Shown here piece after piece: positions 18,035 through 27,901 of a DNA stretch of 64,000 nt. The number at the start of each line of letters is the position of its first letter. Positions within the stretch are counted from its first letter, which is position 1. Position numbers and translations under genes: made by a program. Origin of the DNA: a bacterium (GTDB taxonomy: Bacteria > Bacillota_I > Bacilli_A > RF39 > UBA660); NCBI GenBank assembly GCA_019423565.1, contig JAHZBE010000002.1:83692-147691 (forward strand), written 5' to 3'. The notes under the pieces are model-generated. The model had not been told where the DNA came from. It searched no databases and saw only the letters and a list, made by a program, of their open reading frames with translations.

Positions 18035-20258
18035 CAAAGAAGAAATCATCAAAGAAGTCATCATAATCTGTATTACTTGTATTTTCTCCATTAGATGTTT
18101 CTTCTTGTTTAATATCCTTTTTATTATCTTCAACTTTAACTTCTTCTTTTGAATTTTCCTGTGGTTCTTCCTTCATCTTAAAATTATTAAAATCAACCAT
18201 ATTACTATGAACAACTTCATCAATTTTTGGATCTTTTGAAATTGTTTTTGTATCAAATAATTTTTCATCCGAATTATTAAATATATTATTCTGTATAGTT
18301 GTTTCTTTAGATTCTTCAATTTTGTTTTTTTCTGTTTCTTGTTTCTTCTTTTCTTCCTCTTCTTCTTTTTCAAGTTCTGCTATTTTAGCATCTATTTCTT
18401 TTATCATTTTATCAATGTCCATATCAGGACTCATACCTGGCATTCCTCCACCACCAAATGGATTCATACCGAATGGTGAACCTCCACCAATAGGTGAAGA
18501 ACTACCGTCCATACCAGCATTTTTTAACTTTTCTTGTTTTTGTTTTCTAACAAATTCTTTCAAATCAAATGTTTTAATCTCATCCATAGTTCTTTGTGGA
18601 TAAACAACATTTTTTCCATAGTGATCTGTACCTCTACCAAAACCGAAGTCTGTATCCCAATCCATCTTTAATTTGCCTCTAAATGGCGCACATCTTTGTT
18701 TAATTAATATGATTTCATCAGGCTTCATTCTTTGAAGTTCTGATACAGTTACAAGAGGTCTTGTTTCCTCCTTTTTATCCTTACCAACTCTAACAAGTTT
18801 ATCACCACATAATTTACTAATTTCTTCCAAAGCTGATAATTCACCTGTTAATAAGTATATTAGGTTACCACAGTTACCACGAATAGTTTCTGCATCATGA
18901 TCACCATAATTTTGTTTTAACTGGGCAAAGTTCTGGATAATAAATGTAAATCTTATTTGTCTTGAACGAGCTGCAGTAACCATTGTTGTAATATCTTTAA
19001 ACTTAGGCATGTTAGCAAACTCATCAAGTAAGAAGTTTGTTCTTACTGGAAGTTTTCCACCATGTTGTTGTGCAACATTTATTAATGCTTCATAACATTG
19101 TTTAACAAATATAGTAGCAAGTGAATGGTATGTTGTTTTTTCATCTTGTATAATCATAAATACCGCTGTTGGTTTTTCACCTATACTATCCATATCAAAA
19201 TCACTCTTAGAAAGCATTTCTGATAAGTTTTTAGTAACAGCTAGTGTTTTAACCTTATCCTTTAATACAGATACGATACCACCCTTTGTTTCATTTGGTG
19301 CATTAACTGTACCTAAAGCATTTACACATGCTGGCGAAGCTGGATCTTTTGCATTAAAATATTCTTTTAAATAATTTGATGCACCGTACTTATCTTCACC
19401 AGTTGTCATCATCAAATTAATACTATTTATATTTATTTCTTCTTCCGGAGCATCTTCAAATAACGCAAGTGATAAACCTGTTAAATAACTTGCAGCTGAA
19501 TTTTGCCAGAATGGATCATTTCCTTGACCATCAACAACTATATTAAGTGATAAGTCATTTAAAAGTTCATTTGCTTTATCAAAATTTCCTTCTTTTTGAT
19601 ATTTATATGGTAAATGATATGGATTCCAGCAATTACCTTTTTGTGGATCACGGAAATTAAGTATTATAATTTGATATCCAAGTTCTCTCATTATTCCAGA
19701 ATTATCGTTATATATTTCACCTTTAGGGTCAGATATAATCATTGATTCTCTACCTTTTATAAGCATTTGAACAGTTGGATTAATTATACCTTGAGTTTTA
19801 CCTGAACCAGTCGCACCAATAACAAGTGTATGACTTTCACCATTATCTACATAAGCAGCTTCTTTATCATATACTAAAGGTGTACCACCTGCTTTTGCTT
19901 CTTTTTCAACATATGGAACTCTTACAACACCTTTAGCAGATTTAATCTCCTTATCTTTAGCCCATCTAGCATAACCATCTTCTTTTTTCTCACTAGTATA
20001 ACCAAAGCCTTTCTCTCTAGTAAAGAAATATGATGATGTTGTACCAAATAAAAAACCTATAGTAGCAATCCATAAAATCAGAGTTACACCTATATATCTT
20101 GGTGTAAATGCGTAAAATGGATTTAATCCCCATGGTGTACCTTCATCTAATAAGGATGAAAAGTTAAGTATACAAACACATATTAAATATAAGATAAATA
20201 TTGATACCACTGCAAACGCAATTACATCTTTTTTTTCAGCTCTAAACTTAAGTTTCAT
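18027..20258 (-). CDS. virD4: VirD4/TraG-type type IV coupling protein
   Basis: 743 aa. Two N-terminal TM helices, Walker A VIGATGSGKTQG, Walker B-like FLLDEFANM. Long low-complexity C-terminal tail (G/P/M-rich, then E/K-rich, ending DYDDFFDDFFFEE). Confidence 0.85.
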   Translation of the reverse strand: MKLKFRAEKKDVIAFAVVSIFILYLICVCILNFSSLLDEGTPWGLNPFYAFTPRYIGVTLILWIATIGFLFGTTSSYFFTREKGFGYTSEKKEDGYARWAKDKEIKSAKGVVRVPYVEKEAKAGGTPLVYDKEAAYVDNGESHTLVIGATGSGKTQGIINPTVQMLIKGRESMIISDPKGEIYNDNSGIMRELGYQIIILNFRDPQKGNCWNPYHLPYKYQKEGNFDKANELLNDLSLNIVVDGQGNDPFWQNSAASYLTGLSLALFEDAPEEEININSINLMMTTGEDKYGASNYLKEYFNAKDPASPACVNALGTVNAPNETKGGIVSVLKDKVKTLAVTKNLSEMLSKSDFDMDSIGEKPTAVFMIIQDEKTTYHSLATIFVKQCYEALINVAQQHGGKLPVRTNFLLDEFANMPKFKDITTMVTAARSRQIRFTFIIQNFAQLKQNYGDHDAETIRGNCGNLIYLLTGELSALEEISKLCGDKLVRVGKDKKEETRPLVTVSELQRMKPDEIILIKQRCAPFRGKLKMDWDTDFGFGRGTDHYGKNVVYPQRTMDEIKTFDLKEFVRKQKQEKLKNAGMDGSSSPIGGGSPFGMNPFGGGGMPGMSPDMDIDKMIKEIDAKIAELEKEEEEEKKKQETEKNKIEESKETTIQNNIFNNSDEKLFDTKTISKDPKIDEVVHSNMVDFNNFKMKEEPQENSKEEVKVEDNKKDIKQEETSNGENTSNTDYDDFFDDFFFEE

Positions 20259-20296
20259 CTAATCCACTTCTCCCTTTTAAATCTATTTATATTATA

Positions 20297-20326
20297 ACAA
20301 AAAAAAAGGTATTTTTAAATACCTTT
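20297..20326 (-). terminator. Rho-independent terminator between the hydrolase and virD4-like genes
   Basis: 8-bp stem AAAGGTAT/ATACCTTT (20305-20312 / 20319-20326) plus a T-run on the minus strand, 5 nt after the stop at 20332. An extended -10 TGtTATAAT (20291-20299) follows immediately and could drive virD4. Confidence 0.7.
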
Positions 20327-20331
20327 AATAA

Positions 20332-23148
20332 TTATTTTGCATATGTATTGTATATTCTTTGAGCGTTTGCTGTTCTGTTTCTTATTTCTTTATTACAATC
20401 TGTTTGTTGATTTCTACAATGTGTTCTACCACCATATTCATATACAATAAGAAATTCTGATGCAGCTTTTGATACATCATCTGTAGATTTTAAAAGTTTG
20501 TATAATTCTTTATATTCACCACCTGGACTAATTCCATGCGTTTCAGGTTCTTTCATTGATATATCCAAAAACAATAATTGAGTCTCAAGATCAGCGACAT
20601 ATTCTTTTCCTTTAAAATCATATAATGCTTCTTTTAGTGTACACCAAGTAAATCCAGCAATTCCAAATCCACCATCACCAGGTGCATAATTTGTACAACT
20701 AGTTCCAACCAATGTACCAGTAAATTTTTCTTTTGATATTTCACCTGAAGCAACTTTTTTAGCGTATTCTGTATTTAAATGGTCCTCATCACCATTAACT
20801 ATATCAGGATAATATGTCGATTCTTGGAAAAAGTTTCCCATCATTCCTGCTGCACCTGCTTTAGTATATCCTAGAGATAATAAATAATTCCATATATCCG
20901 GTTCTGCTTCTGGACCAACTCTTTTAAGTGAACCTGTTAATGCACCACAAGGAATAAATAAATTTGTTGGATCAATTGCAGTTCCATTTGAATCCTGTAA
21001 TGCATCCATAAATGTAAAATGCAATCCTTCCGTATTATATTCACTTGAATCTATAGATGCAATTGCATCACCCTTATTAACCGTAAGCCCCTCTTTCAAA
21101 GTAGATATTGGCTTAACATTTGAATATATTGTTATAAATTTATATTCTTTTTCATTTATAGTTACATCATGACTTATTTTTACAGATTTTCCACAAGTAT
21201 TCTCGCCACATTTAGCATCAGTAATTGATTCAACTTTACCTTTAGCAACAGAATAAACACTATCACCTGCTTTAACACCTGCAGTAGTTTCATTCAAATC
21301 TACACCATTATGATTTTTACCATTAACTATACCATATGAATAATTTGTATCAAAATTAACAGTAGTTCCATCAGGTATATTTACCGGTTTACCTAATTCA
21401 GACACTAGTGCACTATCTATTGCTCCAACACAAGTTTCAGAATATTCTTCACTAGAACCACTTGTATTCCTTAAAAATATATCTCTAAATAAACCTTCAT
21501 TAGCTACAATATCTTTATATAACATTTCTTTCTTTTGTTCTAAAGCATCATCAGTTAATCCACCTATATAATTATGAAATTCAGGCATATTCATAAAATA
21601 ATAATTCATTAAATAATTCTTATAATTATCTTCATCAAATACATATGTATCATAATAAGTAACTGTAATTTTTAAGCCACTTCTATCAACTGACACTATA
21701 TCATATATTCCATAAAATAAATCTCCTACTAAACTAGCCAGAGAGGAAACAAAATCTTCTGCAACTAATCCTTCGTTTTCAAAAAATGAACCAGAATATT
21801 CAGATCCCAATAATAAAGCCGTTAACTCTTTAAATGGTGCAGTAATAACACCCCATGAAGCACCCAAAATATCTGTTAATACATCTGACGTATCACTGGC
21901 AATCAATTTAGCATTATTTTTTATAAAATCGAGTAATGAAACAGTTATTGGAGTACCAGATCTTGTCGCATTTCCAAAAAAATCTGTACTAAACTGATTC
22001 CTTGCAAGTTTCCTTAATCTATATATCTTACCAGTATTATAAACAAGTCCATCAGAATCAACAGTTTGTTGTGCCTCATCAAATTTATCTCTCATCCATT
22101 CTTTTGCTCCCTGAAAATATCCTGAATTTGAAGATTGGCTATTCATAGAATTATCCACAGCACTTTCGTCCTCAATATTTTGATATTTAGTATCATATCC
22201 AGCACCCTCTGTATAAAAAAGTGTTGAAAGAAGAAGAGGAACATTTAATCCTTCACCATTATTGTTATTATCACAACCATACCTATCACATAAATCATCA
22301 ATTTCGTCATAAAACGCTTCCTTTGAATCTTGAAAACCAAAACCGCTATAAAAGTTTGATAACTTTTCACTAAAATTGGCTACTCCAGTTATAGCTTCAT
22401 CAATATTTCCCCAAACTTCCATTAAAGGTCCAAGAATTAATTCAACAACAAAAAGAATTAATAATGGTCCAAGTGCTAGCAAAACTAGAAAAAGAGCTAA
22501 TCTCATTTTCATTTTCTTTATAAATGCACTTGAAATCATAGCTAAAGCATCGCTAGGGTGAGTTGCAGCATACGCTTTTGATTTTAAATGATCCTTTTTA
22601 ATATTTCTAAGATTTTTTTTGTCTTGTTTAAGTTTGTTTTTTTCGTCATTTAATTTGTTTTTAGCTTCTTTATCTTCTTTTTTTGCAGAATCCAAATTAT
22701 TCTTATCATCTAAATTTCTTTGACTCGTAGAAACCATTCTATTATCGTTTCTTACTTTTTTTAATCTTTCTGCACTTTGGTCTTTATTATTACTTGCCTT
22801 TTTTATATTTTCTTTAGTATCATTAATTCTATCCTGTGCATCTTTTTTTAAATTATTGTAATGATTTTTATCATTTAATCCTTTTTTAAAAGCTTCTCGA
22901 CCACTACTTGCCTTATTATATTTTCCATTTTTTACGTCGTCTATCTTTTTTTCATCATTATCCGTAGTTCCGCTTATCTGTTCACTTTCACTGTTTTCAA
23001 TATTTGATGATATAGAAGATGTATCAGCTTTTTTTTCATCATTTTCTGTAATACCATTTACAGACTCATTTTCACTATTTTCATTGGTTGATGAAACGGA
23101 AGATGAATCATCATTTCCAACTTCTTTAAAATCTTCTTCATTTTCCAT
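20332..23148 (-). CDS. T4SS-associated bifunctional cell-wall hydrolase (M23 peptidase + lysozyme-like domain)
   Basis: 938 aa. Charged N-terminus with a duplicated about 25-aa S/N/E-rich unit and one TM (LALFLVLLALGPLLILFVV). M23 motifs (GKNHNGVDL ... GLHFTF). The C-terminal IWNYLLSLGYTKAGAAGMMGNFFQES...GFGIAGFTW resembles the phage-tail-lysozyme type domain. Confidence 0.75.
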   Translation of the reverse strand: MENEEDFKEVGNDDSSSVSSTNENSENESVNGITENDEKKADTSSISSNIENSESEQISGTTDNDEKKIDDVKNGKYNKASSGREAFKKGLNDKNHYNNLKKDAQDRINDTKENIKKASNNKDQSAERLKKVRNDNRMVSTSQRNLDDKNNLDSAKKEDKEAKNKLNDEKNKLKQDKKNLRNIKKDHLKSKAYAATHPSDALAMISSAFIKKMKMRLALFLVLLALGPLLILFVVELILGPLMEVWGNIDEAITGVANFSEKLSNFYSGFGFQDSKEAFYDEIDDLCDRYGCDNNNNGEGLNVPLLLSTLFYTEGAGYDTKYQNIEDESAVDNSMNSQSSNSGYFQGAKEWMRDKFDEAQQTVDSDGLVYNTGKIYRLRKLARNQFSTDFFGNATRSGTPITVSLLDFIKNNAKLIASDTSDVLTDILGASWGVITAPFKELTALLLGSEYSGSFFENEGLVAEDFVSSLASLVGDLFYGIYDIVSVDRSGLKITVTYYDTYVFDEDNYKNYLMNYYFMNMPEFHNYIGGLTDDALEQKKEMLYKDIVANEGLFRDIFLRNTSGSSEEYSETCVGAIDSALVSELGKPVNIPDGTTVNFDTNYSYGIVNGKNHNGVDLNETTAGVKAGDSVYSVAKGKVESITDAKCGENTCGKSVKISHDVTINEKEYKFITIYSNVKPISTLKEGLTVNKGDAIASIDSSEYNTEGLHFTFMDALQDSNGTAIDPTNLFIPCGALTGSLKRVGPEAEPDIWNYLLSLGYTKAGAAGMMGNFFQESTYYPDIVNGDEDHLNTEYAKKVASGEISKEKFTGTLVGTSCTNYAPGDGGFGIAGFTWCTLKEALYDFKGKEYVADLETQLLFLDISMKEPETHGISPGGEYKELYKLLKSTDDVSKAASEFLIVYEYGGRTHCRNQQTDCNKEIRNRTANAQRIYNTYAK

Positions 23149-23182
23149 TTTATCACCACCTTTTACTTCAAATATTTATATA

Positions 23183-24973
23183 TTATAATCCGCCTCTTGT
23201 ACCAAACGAATCAAGTTCTGCATCTGTTGCTATTACACTTATTTGCATACGTTTACTACCACATACAAATAATGCATCTCCTTGATTATATCTCTTAATA
23301 CCTTCTTTTTCATTATCATTTAAATCAATTAATTTTGATAAATCTTCAACAGCTTGCTTTTTAAGTCCCATAACAAGATAATATGAAGCATTATCAAATA
23401 TTGCTTTACCCTGCATTAATACATTTGGAGCAGCAAAGTCACTTGGTTGTTGTGTTATAATTATTGTTCCACTATTATATTTACGCGCTCTTCTTTGTAC
23501 TTGGGCTAAGAAATCTGCACCAAGCATATTATTATTTCCAAGTAAAATATGAGCTTCATCTACTTGTAATACTGTGTTTTGACTAGGATCAAGACATAAT
23601 CCCCAAGCATATTTTAATATATTAAAGAATAAGGCATTTTTTATATTTACTTCCGCATTTATTAATTCTCTAATATTGAATACAATAAAATTTGATTTTG
23701 GACTTATTGTAGTATGTCCATCAAAATAATGTTCAAGTCCACCAGAAATTAATGGTCTAACTTTTAATTCAAGTTTTTCCATTATATCTCTTTCCCTAGT
23801 AGCTTCACCATATGAAAGTATTCTTCCACGGATAGTTGTATAAACATCACTAAATGTAGGAAAATCTTCACTTGTTAATGTTGTAAAGTCAGTTTTAACG
23901 TTAATATTAAATCTTTGATATGTTTCAACAACAACCTCATTAAATAATGTTAATACATCCTCTTCAATTGATGGATCATAATATTTCATAAATGCTTTTA
24001 AAGTTTGAAGAGTCTTAGCTAAAACCGCATAACCAAGTCCTCTTGACGATTCTTCTTCGTCAGCATCTGGAACTATTTCAAGTGGATTAATCATACCAAA
24101 TTCTCCACCACGTCCTAAATCTATAAAGTCACCATTATAAAGTCTCGCCATTGGTTCAAGTTCACCTTCTGGATCTATTGCAATTATTTTATAACCATTT
24201 CTTACATGTGATCTCAAAAGTAATTTAGCTGCAGTTGATTTACCTGATCCAGAAGTACCAAGAATAATCATATTAGCATTATTTCTATTATGTTCTTTTT
24301 TTATTTGATATAAGAATTGATTAAATAAAATTATACCACCAGAAAAATCTACACCAAGTAAGCAAGATAATCCCTGATCCTTAATACTATCAAATACAAA
24401 AGGATACATAGCCGCAAGTGTTGGTGATGGAATTGGTGTTCCAATTCTATCTTCAATATCTTGCTTACCAAATATAGGTAAACATGATTTTAATACTTTT
24501 TCCTGTTCAAATCTAAGAGGAATAGCTCTCATTTCCATGGCTTCTAATGTTGATTTTAAAGATACCTTTGTTCTTTCAAGTTCTTCCTTCGTATCAGCTG
24601 TAATCATTATATGCATCTGAAAATCAAATACCTTTGATTGATTTGTAGTAATAACTTTAATAAATGATTCAAGTGATTCATAATCTTGTCTTATTCTTTC
24701 TTGATATGTTACATCTGGTTCTTTTTGATACTTATCGTATAAATCTACTAATTGTTTATTTAGCATTTTAGAAACAACTTCAAATGCAACAGGTATATGT
24801 TTAATAACTATTTTTACTCCCGCCATACCAGAAGTTAAGCTTGATAAATAACCCGCTGTAATATATTTTGGATATGATAAAACAGTAAGTATAGTTGCAA
24901 ACTTATCGCTAACAATAAAATCTGATGTATTAAATGTTAATCCCTTTGGAGCAAGTTCAGTTTTAATCCCCAT
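23183..24973 (-). CDS. virB4: VirB4-like conjugal transfer ATPase, ATPase body
   Basis: 596 aa. Walker A ILGTSGSGKSTAAK, Walker B VLQVDEAH. Confidence 0.85.
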   Translation of the reverse strand: MGIKTELAPKGLTFNTSDFIVSDKFATILTVLSYPKYITAGYLSSLTSGMAGVKIVIKHIPVAFEVVSKMLNKQLVDLYDKYQKEPDVTYQERIRQDYESLESFIKVITTNQSKVFDFQMHIMITADTKEELERTKVSLKSTLEAMEMRAIPLRFEQEKVLKSCLPIFGKQDIEDRIGTPIPSPTLAAMYPFVFDSIKDQGLSCLLGVDFSGGIILFNQFLYQIKKEHNRNNANMIILGTSGSGKSTAAKLLLRSHVRNGYKIIAIDPEGELEPMARLYNGDFIDLGRGGEFGMINPLEIVPDADEEESSRGLGYAVLAKTLQTLKAFMKYYDPSIEEDVLTLFNEVVVETYQRFNINVKTDFTTLTSEDFPTFSDVYTTIRGRILSYGEATRERDIMEKLELKVRPLISGGLEHYFDGHTTISPKSNFIVFNIRELINAEVNIKNALFFNILKYAWGLCLDPSQNTVLQVDEAHILLGNNNMLGADFLAQVQRRARKYNSGTIIITQQPSDFAAPNVLMQGKAIFDNASYYLVMGLKKQAVEDLSKLIDLNDNEKEGIKRYNQGDALFVCGSKRMQISVIATDAELDSFGTRGGL

Positions 24974-25514
24974 TATTGATCACCGTCCCACTTTCATATT
25001 TAACACCACCATTTAAGAAATTATCTATAATCATTCTTAAATCATCATTAGATGTTTGTGATGCAATTAAACCACAATTAGCAAGTTCACTAATTAAACT
25101 TCTAATTCTCTTTTGTATTACATCATTATCTTTCGATTTAAACAAAATGAAATACTCAGTATCCACTATACCATTATTAACAAATAATTCAGCCTTCGCA
25201 ATATCATCTGATAGTAATTTTCTATATATAGGACTCTGTGCATCATTTAACTGAAGTTGAAGTTGTGATACATATAAATTTATATCAACAGGCCTATCAG
25301 CTATAATAAGCCAAAATTCATAATCAATCAAATTATAAAAAGTTCTAAAAGATTCTATTATTTGATCTCTATAATTTTCTTCAAGTATAAAAATATTTCT
25401 AGGTTGTACTTTTACACCCGTAACCATTTCTTTATTATCAAGTAAAATAACATTATTATTAATATCCTTAACAGGAATCCACTTTTCAGTATATATACTA
25501 CTATTTGTACTCAT
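24963..25514 (-). CDS. virB4: VirB4 N-terminal domain encoded as a separate overlapping ORF (probable frameshift)
   Basis: The 183-aa ORF (WIPVKDINNNVILLDNKEMVTGVKVQPRNIFIL...) resembles the N-terminal domain that is fused to the ATPase in Gram-positive VirB4 homologues such as Tn916 ORF16, as I recall it. The overlap falls in the C4 run 24968-24971. One base fewer fuses the two as ...VINNG-IKTELAPKG... Confidence 0.65.
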   Translation of the reverse strand: MSTNSSIYTEKWIPVKDINNNVILLDNKEMVTGVKVQPRNIFILEENYRDQIIESFRTFYNLIDYEFWLIIADRPVDINLYVSQLQLQLNDAQSPIYRKLLSDDIAKAELFVNNGIVDTEYFILFKSKDNDVIQKRIRSLISELANCGLIASQTSNDDLRMIIDNFLNGGVKYESGTVINNGD

Positions 25515-25806
25515 TCTTATAACACCAACCTTCCCATTTATAATTTCTCCTTCCGTAAAAGAAATCTATTATCTCTCTTATTAACGTTAATATATTATGA
25601 TAATTTGGTATTGGAACAACTAAAAATCCTGTAACTAGTAATGGTATTAAACATATTAATGAGAGATTGAAAGTAGTAGGAGCAATTATCAAAAGTAATA
25701 ATACAGATAAAACTACTCCACTACCAAATAAAATTAAATCAAATTTCGTAAATAATCCAAATATTAACGTACCTTTTTTGGCATTTGCAGGTATTAAATA
25801 ATTCAC
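25501..25806 (-). CDS. PrgI/VirB3-like small two-TM T4SS protein
   Basis: 101 aa with two hydrophobic helices, positioned immediately upstream of virB4 as in Gram-positive conjugation modules. Confidence 0.6.
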   Translation of the reverse strand: MNYLIPANAKKGTLIFGLFTKFDLILFGSGVVLSVLLLLIIAPTTFNLSLICLIPLLVTGFLVVPIPNYHNILTLIREIIDFFYGRRNYKWEGWCYKNEYK

Positions 25807-25824
25807 TATGTATCACACTCCCTT

Positions 25825-27885
25825 TTATTTGACATTTTCTTTATTAACTTCATTTCCAACTTTAACATATGCTTTCATTCTTGTCTTATCATTTTCTCCC
25901 ATCTTATCAAGCATAGCATTATATGCTGACTCCGCTGTTGAGAAAGCAATGTTAGCATCATTAATTTCGTCGGCAATTTCTTGTTTAGACTTTGTCATAC
26001 CTTTATCTGCGAAATCAACCGAATACTGAATCAATCTTTGAGCTGTATCAGTTAATCCACCACTATCTGTAACAAAGGATGAAATACCACTATTTGATAA
26101 ATTGGACATCAATTGTTTTGTATTAATTTGTCCTGAATCAAAATTAGTTTGCATTTCCAATATTTTTTGTTTTTCATCATTCGAACTTGCAGCTTTCATT
26201 GCATTATTCAATATTTCCCCTACAGAATTATAACTATTCTGTGCATTTTCAGCCTGTAACAACTTAAATTTCTTTTCCATATAACTATTTGCTGTTGCCT
26301 TTTGATTCTTTTTAAATGGAGATTTATCCATAATCGATTTTGATTGAACACCTTGTGCAATTTTTTTATCTATATTTCCTTCTGCATCATATAAATTACC
26401 TTTAACACTGTTTGCAATAGCTTGTGCTTCTGCTTTAGCCTTATCCTTAAGCTTATTAATTTTATTTTGTTCTTTTTCATATTGTCTAGTTGGATTAGCA
26501 TTTTCGTTCCACGTTTTAATTGCATCCTTCGTACCTGCAATTCCATTTGTAGATCTGAAGAATGCACCTGCTGTTTTTGTTAATCTACCTGGTGTTCTAT
26601 CTTTCCAAGCACCTTTTCCTCGGAATCCTTTATTCCAACCATAAGCACCAAATCCTCCAACTAGTCCTGCACCTAGTGCAACTGGCCAATGAGATAACGC
26701 AGCTGCTCCTAATAATCCTGCACCTGCACCAACTTCTCCAACTTTTTTTACAGCTCCCCAAGCTTTTTGTGCCTGTTTTCCAACTGCGGCCATTTCTCCA
26801 AGTCTTCCACCAATACCACCTTTAAGTTTGATATCAGTACCAAATACTTTATTTATCAAATCTGGTAATTGTTTAACAAATATAAGCATTCCAACAATTA
26901 AAAATGCTTTTAAAACAAAACTCCAATCTTCACCTTGAAATGGTTTTAAAAATGATGATAAATTTGATATTAAAAACAAGTAAAAAGCAATACATGCTAT
27001 TCTTATAAATAAATCCATATAAGTTTTTACTAATTCTTGAAACCAAGATGATAAAATTTTATCACCAGCTGCTATATAACCAACAATAGATATAGGCGCA
27101 GTTAATTCCATAAATGCAAGTTTAAATACTCTTACTGCAACATCCATAGAATAAATTACAAGTATATATACACACCCAAGACCACATACAATTGCAAGTA
27201 ATCCATTAAAGTCAAAAGCATATTTTGTATCAGCACCTGCAATCCAACCAGCATTTTCATTATCTGTCGTCGTATTAATATGTTCAGCAAAATTTCCAAT
27301 ATGTTTAATATCTTCGGCAATCATCGCGTTGTAAGATTCTTGAACATCCTCATCAACTTGAATCGTTCCATCATCAACAGGAACAACTACTGATGAAATT
27401 AATGTACCCGCAATAACTTGACCGCCATTACCACCAGATTTACACTTTTCTTCTGCATTTTCTGTTGCTTCGTCACCCTCAACACCACCATCAACTTGAC
27501 AACTTATACCCGTTCCAACAATTATCTTTTCTATCAAACTATTATCCATTATATTTGCTTGTACTGCGTACAAAATATCAAATAATAACGGAACAGCAAC
27601 CATCATAACTAATGCCAAAATAGATCTTTTAAATAATGCCGTTACGCCTTTCTTGTTATCACCTAATAAATCTGGATTTACAATCGCAGATAAAATAACA
27701 ACTGAAAAAGCAAATAGCATTACCACACTTACTAACACATAAATATTAGAAGAAAATTGACTAATAATTTCTGAATCTAAAAATCTTGTGTTAGCTAAAT
27801 TATAAAAAATATAGTATATATACTTTATCAATCTATAAATTGGAATACATATATATATAGCTAGCTTTCTTAATAATGCACTCAT
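25825..27885 (-). CDS. VirB6/TrbL-like polytopic T4SS channel protein
   Basis: 686 aa. Multiple TM helices in the N-terminal two-thirds, a Gly-rich segment (GGIGGRLGEMAAVGK...GAGAGLLGAAAL) and a hydrophilic K/N/Q-rich C-terminal third. Confidence 0.65.
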   Translation of the reverse strand: MSALLRKLAIYICIPIYRLIKYIYYIFYNLANTRFLDSEIISQFSSNIYVLVSVVMLFAFSVVILSAIVNPDLLGDNKKGVTALFKRSILALVMMVAVPLLFDILYAVQANIMDNSLIEKIIVGTGISCQVDGGVEGDEATENAEEKCKSGGNGGQVIAGTLISSVVVPVDDGTIQVDEDVQESYNAMIAEDIKHIGNFAEHINTTTDNENAGWIAGADTKYAFDFNGLLAIVCGLGCVYILVIYSMDVAVRVFKLAFMELTAPISIVGYIAAGDKILSSWFQELVKTYMDLFIRIACIAFYLFLISNLSSFLKPFQGEDWSFVLKAFLIVGMLIFVKQLPDLINKVFGTDIKLKGGIGGRLGEMAAVGKQAQKAWGAVKKVGEVGAGAGLLGAAALSHWPVALGAGLVGGFGAYGWNKGFRGKGAWKDRTPGRLTKTAGAFFRSTNGIAGTKDAIKTWNENANPTRQYEKEQNKINKLKDKAKAEAQAIANSVKGNLYDAEGNIDKKIAQGVQSKSIMDKSPFKKNQKATANSYMEKKFKLLQAENAQNSYNSVGEILNNAMKAASSNDEKQKILEMQTNFDSGQINTKQLMSNLSNSGISSFVTDSGGLTDTAQRLIQYSVDFADKGMTKSKQEIADEINDANIAFSTAESAYNAMLDKMGENDKTRMKAYVKVGNEVNKENVK

Positions 27886-27901
27886 TTCTTACCTCCTATT
27901 C

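Noticed and set aside
18173-18373. Same-strand alternative-frame K/R-rich ORFs (also 26370-26567 and 28309-28512).
   Set aside because: They lie inside longer, motif-bearing ORFs and arise from A-rich low-complexity coding sequence read out of frame.
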